NCBI GenBank assembly: GCA_904063045.1
Contig: CAJFCJ010000078.1
Span: 1-53,167 of the forward strand
Direction: 5' to 3'
Source: Dimorphilus gyrociliatus
Lineage: Eukaryota > Animalia > Annelida
Length of the DNA: 53,167 bases
The translations under genes were made by a program, and so were the position numbers. The first letter of the stretch is position 1. Each line of letters starts with the position of its first letter. Below, piece by piece: positions 45,281 to 53,167 of this stretch. Under the pieces are notes generated by a model, which saw nothing but the letters and a program-made list of their open reading frames with translations, was not told the DNA's origin and did not search any database.

Positions 45281-47802
45281 TTAAACAAAGTCATATTCAG
45301 TTTTATCCGGGTCATTCAAATAAGTATTGATTAGATTAGACAATAGTTGGGCATTTTCCTGTACTTCCAAATAACTTTGCTCTAGATAAACGTTCCCTAA
45401 TGATTCACCTTGCCCACATTGAAAAATAGGGAAATTGTCAGGTAAAGTATTCTCCGATTGCGTAGACTGAAATTCATCTTCAACTTCTGTAGAAGAGTCT
45501 TGGAAAAAAGGCGAAGGCGTATTTTGTGAATGCAGGCTTTCCACAGAAGGTGTAGGTGCCTCAAATCCATCTAGCGTACCATTACATTCTGGAATAAATG
45601 TATACCGATGCCTGAAATTTTTTAAAAGAAATAATAAACAGTTGTCCAATTTTTTAAATGGGTAAAAATTGATATACCTTTCAATTGGTCTAAGAAGAAC
45701 TTCATATTTTACCTTCTTTGCATTATAATTATCTTCTCCAGCTGATAAAAAAACACATTAAAATTCCTTTTATTAATAAAAAAACATTTCTTACCTAATT
45801 CCTCGTCACTATTGTCATCGTCGTCTCTAAAACTTTTCAATTCAAGTGGATTAGATTCAATTGGATTTAGCACAACTTTGCCATGGGCAACTAGTTTTCT
45901 TCCAGTTTTATAGATTTTGATTTCATTTAGGGTATCATATAAATCCAAGTTTTTATTATTCAATTCTGTAAAAGTCAAAAAATCCTGTAGATGATAAATT
46001 TTATTTTGTTGTTTCACAGCCAGTGTAAAATTTGCTTTTGGTGTTGCACTTTGAGAAGCTTCTATTCTACTCTCAGCAAAACGGATAAGAAAAGTTCCAT
46101 TATCGTGATTTGTAAGAATTTGTTCAGCGTATCCCTTACTTATAAAACCATAAACCAATCTGTATAGACAATCAAATTAGTTTTTTGTGAAATTAATACT
46201 CAAGAATTTTTCTTCTTCTTACCTCTCCTCCCAATATGTTTTTACTTTATCTGTGCCTGACGAATTGATGCATGCCGCAAACCAATGCCATGGTGTAAAA
46301 TTTTTTTTATAAAGTTTATCTTTGGCATCTTGTTTTGGTGTTTCTGAATACTTTTTCTATTTGTATGAAGAAATTCTGATAAGTGAAATGAAATGTTCAA
46401 AAAGTATTTATTCTTACTGTTAAAAGATCATTAAGAGTGATGGTACTGTCATCATTCTCCAACACTGGTAAAAAAATTGAAGATAAAAATGAAAATATTA
46501 TTTGTGAAAATTTTCAATACTTACTGAATCTATGTCTTAAATAGTTGATTTGTGTAGATGTTAGATGTCTTCCAGTATTTGCATGGTAATAATCTAACAA
46601 TAAATTCTTAAATTCATTCCATGGTTTCTCAACAGCTTCTCCAAAAAATCTAAGCCAGCTCATAGTTGCTTTAGCTTGAACAACCTGTGATGTCTGCGAA
46701 ATGATTACAAATGCTCTTGTACTAATAAACAATTTCAATTTGTGATTATTCCACACGAATTCGTTCAAGTAAACATGTAAATAATATCTGAAGGCTGCCA
46801 CTACGTTATCCTTATCTGTTTTCGGTCTATCCTTAATTTCAACAGTCTTCTTTAAGCCTAGATCAAATTCGAAATTCATCATTTCATTACAATCTAAAAC
46901 TCTTCTTGGAATTTTATTGTGAAGTTCAAAGGAAGATTGTTGCTTCTCTTCCATGATGTTTGTTTCAGTTATTCCTGTTGAATCTGGCACCTTCAGAGCC
47001 TCACTGCACAGGAAACGTACAATAAAGGGAGTCTTTGTGGCCTGTCGCTTTTCTGCCTTGACTGTTTCTGTTGTTGGTAGTAAGATGATCAGGAATTGGT
47101 TTATTAACTGTTCAAGATCATCATATAACATATCTGAAGCTGTTTTGAGGTGATCATGAAAAATCTTAGAAGTCTGTTTATCCATAAACAAGTTTGGATT
47201 ATCAAGCAAGTTGGAATGCACTAAAAGTTCATTATTTTTAACCAATGTTTGTATGATCATGTCAAACTCCTGTATTGATTTAATAAATTCAGACATTCTG
47301 CAAAAAAGCATTTTGTAAAAGTTTACCAGTTTACAAAAGAAATATTGACTTACACTTTATCCAGTGCATTTATACATTTAACTGAGATTTCACTGAAGTT
47401 TCTTTCCTCATTTTTAAATTTAATACATTCATGAAAAAAGAGTGATGTGGCATTATGAGTTGTGTTCACTATCCCGTTCACTTGTTCGATAAAACTCTAT
47501 GGACAAAAGTTTATTGGTAAACATCGTAGATGTGTTTATGTTTTATTATTACCTTGAAGAAAGTAACATTTTCATCTATTTGGTTAGACCAATCAAACAT
47601 TTTCCATTGATAAACACACTCCTACAATAAAGGAAAATTACTCATCGGGGGAAAATCAATTTACTTTTCTATATATATTATAATATTACATTTATTTCTG
47701 ATTGTATAAGCAGAAGCATTGCTCTTTCCTTTAATTCATCTTCATACTCCTTATTAATCAACGACAAAACTGAATTCTTGTCAATTTGTTGTCCCTTGGC
47801 AT
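45281..47802 (-). CDS. STAT: STAT transcription factor, copy B (full acidic/Pro-Ser-Thr tail)
   Basis: Same exon structure as copy A. Linker KKYSETPKQDAKDKLYKKNFTPWHWF; SH2 GTFLIRFAES; Tyr in GEDNYNAKK (codon 45725-45727); tail ...APTPSVESL..NTPSPFFQDSSTEVEDEF... ending at TAA 45281-45283. The 5' end is uncertain. Confidence 0.88.
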
Positions 47803-49962
47803 TTCTATGCAAAAAAATCATCATCACAATTTTAAATTCCAATATTTTAATCTAATGTGAAAGTAGAAATTCTCACCTCTTAACCATTTTTCAATATTGA
47901 TGTGCTATTCCAACAATCTCTTTGATAAGCACAATTAATATGTCGTAATAAATTTTTAGCCAGAAATTACATCTGTGCTGAAAAGTAAATGTTTTAACTC
48001 TGCTTGTGTATTATTTCCAACAGCACCCTGGTGACAACTGGCAGAGTCAGAATTCCATTTCCGGATTGGTCAATATATGGAAAAAATAGGTTGTATTAGA
48101 AGTTATTCCAAAATGAATAGAAACAAATATTACATAATTTTTCACTGATTCAAACAATTGAAAACATGTTTTGTAAAACAATGATATAACTGAAATTTCT
48201 TACTTTCGTATTAAACCGGATACGGAAATAGCAGACGTAAGATTGATTATAAACAGCCTAGGTAACATTTTCGAGAAACCGCTGTTGATTTGTCAACAAC
48301 AAAAGTACATGTTATAATCTGAGTTATTGAGATTATTTTAAAGTAATCCTACAGTATTTATATTAAAAGTGTAAAATGATAGGCCTATTCCAAAAAAATG
48401 TTTCAGAAATGAGTCATCATTTTAAATTGGGTTCTTGGCTACAAATAATTAGATAGTGATAAATAAAAATAAAACTGGTAAAAAATATATGAAAGCTTCT
48501 TATCTTGAACATTGGTTATGGAACAAAAAGAACTTGTTTTGTCAGGGTTAATACTTGTCGTATTAAAATTGTTTCATGTTATGTAACTCTCCAACCTGAG
48601 AAATTCAACTATTGTTTAGAAAAGGAAAACAATAAAAACATGACTGACCATATTTACAACTTTCCTATGTCTTAAAATGTTACTTTTGTGTTTGTGAACT
48701 ATCAACCCTTGAAAGAGTATATAAACTATAAGCTTTATTAGTATCGCTTGAAAAACTGTAAATCCAGGAAATAGAATTTAGTTCATCTTTTTGTATTAAT
48801 TTATGATGACAAAAGACCATTTTTAAATGAACAAGATATTTGAAGTTTTTCTTTAGTGATAGAAAAATACATTAGGATAAGAAATATCCAAATCTCTGAA
48901 ACCTAGACAGATTTTGAAATTTTCAATAAGAATAGAATAATAAATTTTGTTCTTTGATGGATTTTAATTTTATCTGAATGGCTTATTCCTAATTTAGTTC
49001 TATTGGACCAGTACTTACCTACAAGCTCAGGGCGGGAAAGTACGAACTTGGGGCAGTCAACAGGATTCTCATCTTTTTAAAATGGCTATTGCTGGAAAAG
49101 ATTCCTCTACTAATAAAACAAGTAAAGATGCTTCACTGCTTTACAGTGAAGTAATCATATATGTTTTTTGTTTTTAGTCCATTAAATCATCCAAAAATAA
49201 AACAATTTTTAACAACATTAATTATAGAAAAGTAACAGCGTAGTGAAATTAAATTTCTTCAAAACAGGTGGTTTTCATTGAAAAACACAAAAACTTCATC
49301 AAACTGACTCTAAATGGTCCTTATGATTAGCTATCTAAGGATTAACTATCAGTTGGATCAAGTGTTCCAATATCAACTGTTCTTTACCCAAGTAGGAGGC
49401 TTCTTCCAACTGAGAGTCTTTCCAAATGCTCTTCGCAGATGATTAGAGGAGATACAATCATTGGAGTGAAAAATTGAGGTATTAGCTTCTAACATACAAA
49501 TTCTGGACAAGTTTTTCCCAACACCAGAGTAACAGGGAAGCATATTCCTGATTCTTAAACAAACTTACATGTTCCTTCCGATTCCACCTATACAGTCTTC
49601 AATGGACAAGGACAGAGAGAGACAGAGAGAGGAAGAATGAGAGGGCGTTTAAGTAAACTTGACATAGTATTTCTCTTCTGTTGACTAGTTTTAATTGAGT
49701 ATTTGAGAGAGAAATGTTTCAGAAGAATTTTCAGAGATATAATACTGTACCCCAACTTTCACTCTCTCTGTCTAAATGATATGGACAACTTCTTACCAGT
49801 TTCACCCTACCAGTAGTGGAATTTTGGGTGGCTTTCTTCAGGTATTTCTCTATTCTCCCTTTTGGAAGTATGGGGTACATTGTAAGAGTGTAAATTTTTC
49901 ATTTACTTTCATTGATTGAAATTGGTTGCCTTTTGGGGTTTCATACCAAACATTTAATTTTG

Positions 49963-50600
49963 TTACTGCCTGAGGCTGTTTTCTGTTTCAATTTCAAATA
50001 AGTTTGAACCTATATTTTTATTCAATCTATGATGAAAACCCTCTAAACCGTGGTTGGTTCTGACTATTTGGTTGAAAACAGACGAAGTTGCTAGAAGCCA
50101 TTTATTCCAGTTGTCTTCAATATATTCAACTAAATCACCAAGTTCATTTCTTTCAGCTAAGTCATTTTTTATGTTGCTAAATTGATTTATAATCAAAGTA
50201 TGAGGGATCATCCATGTACCATATCTTTTGTCTTAGTCAAGAGTTTTAACTGACGTTCAGATGAAAGAACTAATATTCTTTCATTGTTTGAATGAATATC
50301 CTTCTTCAAAAGTTTAAATCAAGTTGAAATTTCAAATCATTATGTTCAGCTGGTCTATTTTTTGGCGTATTGTAGTTGGCTACTTCTTTACAATTGTATT
50401 GATATGTCACTACTTATAAAATCTCTTGAGTGCTTTGGTCTTTTACTCTCTTTGTATCTAGAAGCTTTTCTTTGTATTGATTCTAATTCTGGAATGTCTT
50501 CAATGCTATCTTTAAATTTCAGGATAATATCTTCTTCTATTCTTTTACTAGTTTTTTTTGTTGTCACTATTTGTCATTTCTTTCAAATTCATTCTTGATT
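49963..50600 (-). mobile_element. MULE transposase relic
   Basis: SVFNQIVRTNHGLEGFHHRLN (MULE C-terminal motif). Minus-strand AAGAGTAAAAGACCAAAGCA near 50440 matches 25258 in the 25124-25921 element. Confidence 0.75.
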
Positions 50601-51395
50601 GAAAAACTAAATTATAATAACATCTGGCCAAACACAGATATTGGCAAATTGGATTAATTTCATTATTCACAATTGAATCTATCAACAACCAGGTGTTGTT
50701 GCAACTTCTAAAACTAAAATAACTACAAAATCTTTAAGACAACAAAAACTGTAAACATAAACCCACAATGTACTGCAGGAGGACACCTGAGAGATAAGAT
50801 ATTGCAATGTTAGTTTGTGATGTACCTGGAAGAAATTGTGTTCCCCCTATTCAGATTACTGGTTCAAGATAAAAATACTAACGCCTTAAAAATATGTTTT
50901 AACGCCAGTTCTATTACTGATAACATAATTTATGATGTGAACACAATGATAATGTTTAAGATAAGCCAGTGTAGCAACACTTTGGTATGAAGTAAGACAA
51001 CCAAAAACAAAGATGCTCAGTTAAATTTTTTATATTTTGTATCTTTTGCAGTTAACTGTTTCCTTAATCTTATTTTGCTTTTCATTTTATATCAATAATT
51101 GAGATGATATAATTTCACCCATGATATAGTTTCACCTCTTTCTATTCTAAAGCTAATTGGATCATGATTAATTACTTTGTCCAATTCGTAATATAACTCA
51201 ACTATTCTCAATTTCATAAACACCTGTTCTTGGATAATTTTAGACTAGTATTTATTTCAAATTAATTAATTAATTAATATTTAAAAATATTTCAAATTAA
51301 ATATATTCTGGAAAATGTCAAATCTAAATATATTTTTTAAAAGTGATTTGAAGAGCTGACATTTTATAAAAGACAATCTTCTCTCAGTACATAAA

Positions 51396-53167
51396 ATGCT
51401 ACAGCATACAATAATTTTCATAATATTTCTATTATTTTGTTATTTGAGTAAAGCTGAAAATGTTGACATTGAGACAAGCTATATTTTGGATAATGTTAAT
51501 GAAACTGAACAGTATGTTGAAGGGGAATTAAAGATTTTGTATGAAAATCAAACCTCTTATGTCAACGTACAATATAATGATGTGCAATTTTTGTCAAAAA
51601 TTTGTAAACTTCTAGGATATGATGATTTGTATGGAATTTCATATAAAAGTGATAATATAGTAAAAGGTTACTTTAAAATAATTTCCATCAGAAATAAATG
51701 CTGTTATCTGTAAATAAAAGATAGGCCTTTAAAATGTTTATAATTGTATAGTGACTCGTTTCAGCAAGAAAATTCGTAACTATTTGAAGAGACATTCAAA
51801 ATTTATTTTGAAATGTTTCAAAATCAATTTTCCATGTTGGCAAAAATTATGATTTATTTGATTTGACAATAAATTCTAAACCTTAAAATTTAAAATAGAT
51901 CTCCTAAGTATACCAACTTCCCAACCATCATTGCATAAGGTTTATCTAAGAAAACAGAAAACTTTCTTTGATATATTTACATTGACTACATTGAACAAAA
52001 AGAAAATATGCGAGAAAACATTATTCTCTATGAATCAAATGTTTAAATTGGAACTAAAGCTAAAATCTACTCAAAAAGTGCTTTTATTAGTAAACAATAA
52101 TACTTTCAAATTTCAATACAACTACTCAAAGTCAATGACAAATGAAAGTGGAATATTTTGCACACACACTGATTTTAAAGGTATTTTTTCAATTGCTTTA
52201 TTAAGGGATCGACAGAAAACGTCCACAAATGAGAAATTTCAAGACTAGATTTTGGATTGAGAAATGGTTAGGAAGAAGAAGAGAGCAACTGATTTGTACT
52301 TAGGAGGGTCTTCTCTAAGGGTTAGGGGTAATGGAAAAGGTTAGGTTCAGCCAAGGGCTGGGTTAGGCTTAGGGTAAAAGAACTAATTTGTGGACGTTTT
52401 TTGTGGCATCCCTTTATTTATGAACTAAATTTTACTGCTATTTCCTATTACAGAGATAAAAGAAATTTCAATTCGTAAAGGAAAATGGAAATATACTATT
52501 AAATCTAAATCATATGGAACAATGCCATTAGCTTTTAGCCTCTTATTTGAAATTGATCAGTGTTGTTCATACCTCTGTTGGCATCTAAATAAGCAAAAAC
52601 ATATACCGTCTACTTGCAAATCAACTATAATTATTCTAACAGTATTCAATTTCAACATAAAAAATAATTACAATTCAAATTTAGTAACTTAAATTTTTAG
52701 GAATATTTTCCAATATTACAGCCTTGTAGTAATTTTAATACAAATATATTTGTTTGTTATATTTATAATTACCCTCCAGCAAACAAAGTTAGAAGGGTAA
52801 CAACACTTTGTGAATATGATTATGATCATAGTTAGTTTAATTTTAGATTTTGGAGAAGAGAATGAAATTGATATCTTTTAATGTTAAATGCTAACAAAAA
52901 TCAATTTTTCAGCACCTGGAATGAAGAGTTTAATAAATGTTGAACTACAATTCCAAAAATTTAGAATAGATGATAAATATGATAAAGGAGTGTTAAAGAT
53001 GAGATTAAGAAACAACCAATCAGATACATTTCATCATCTTCAGTACAGAAAATTTCCAACTAATATATTAGTTCAGATTTGTTCAGTTTTGGGCTATGAC
53101 AATCTCTTTTCTCTTGTCTATCCTTGGCAAATTTCTCAGTGGGAAAATGGTCAAAAATATTATGATA
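51396..53167 (+). CDS. Secreted protein with repeated divergent SRCR-like domains; runs off the window end
   Basis: Signal peptide MLQHTIIFIIFLLFCYLSKA. Exon 1 is 51396-51666, followed by a phase-1 intron at 51667-52912; exon 2 is open from 52913 to the end. Repeats EGELKILY...KICKLLGYDDL and KGVLKMRL...QICSVLGYDNL. Confidence 0.65.
52205..52411 (+). mobile_element. Mutator-like TTAGGG MITE, copy 3 (intronic)
   Basis: Same TIRs and interior as 28659-28867. TSD CTTTATTAA (52196-52204) / CTTTATTTA (52412-52420), 8 of 9 matching. Confidence 0.88.

Noticed and set aside
49250-49900. Relatively GC-richer stretch with a short GA microsatellite (about 49612-49632) as a LINE or gene fragment
   Set aside because: No sustained frame or recognisable RT/endonuclease motif.
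1-53167. tRNA, rRNA, prokaryotic operons or phage-defence systems
   Set aside because: None seen; spliceosomal introns and metazoan gene families throughout indicate an animal genome.

Overview
This is eukaryotic (metazoan) genomic DNA, very AT-rich, with short GT-AG introns (mostly 50-90 nt). It looks like a compact invertebrate genome, possibly spiralian; that assignment is inference only. There are no prokaryotic features, and most short ORFs in the supplied track are antisense shadows or alternative-start artefacts. The window appears to be a fast-evolving innate-immunity/signalling cluster embedded in transposon debris. Immune-type genes: a 1668-codon NACHT-LRR (NLR); two RING/B-box/coiled-coil/LRR (TRIM-LRR) genes, one intact and one frameshifted, plus a third LRR relic; a stand-alone IAP-type RING; and two tandem STAT paralogs 26,049 bp apart. 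The STATs have an almost identical 1.94-kb coiled-coil/DNA-binding block but diverged SH2, phosphotyrosine and tail regions, and copy A has a premature stop in the tail. Other genes: a KY/hillarin-like pseudo-transglutaminase spliced to a dynein-stalk (MTBD)-like C-terminal domain; several secreted proteins (discoidin/FAMeT-like, PAN/apple, ITIH-C-like, SRCR-like); and a decayed LGR-type GPCR. Mobile DNA: Tc1/mariner elements, a PHD-FLYWCH-MULE transposase with several relics, a Mutator-like MITE family with 9-bp TSDs carrying TTAGGG/G-quadruplex motifs, and a three-copy relic that may be Zisupton-like. All homology calls come from motif recognition by eye; no searches were run.
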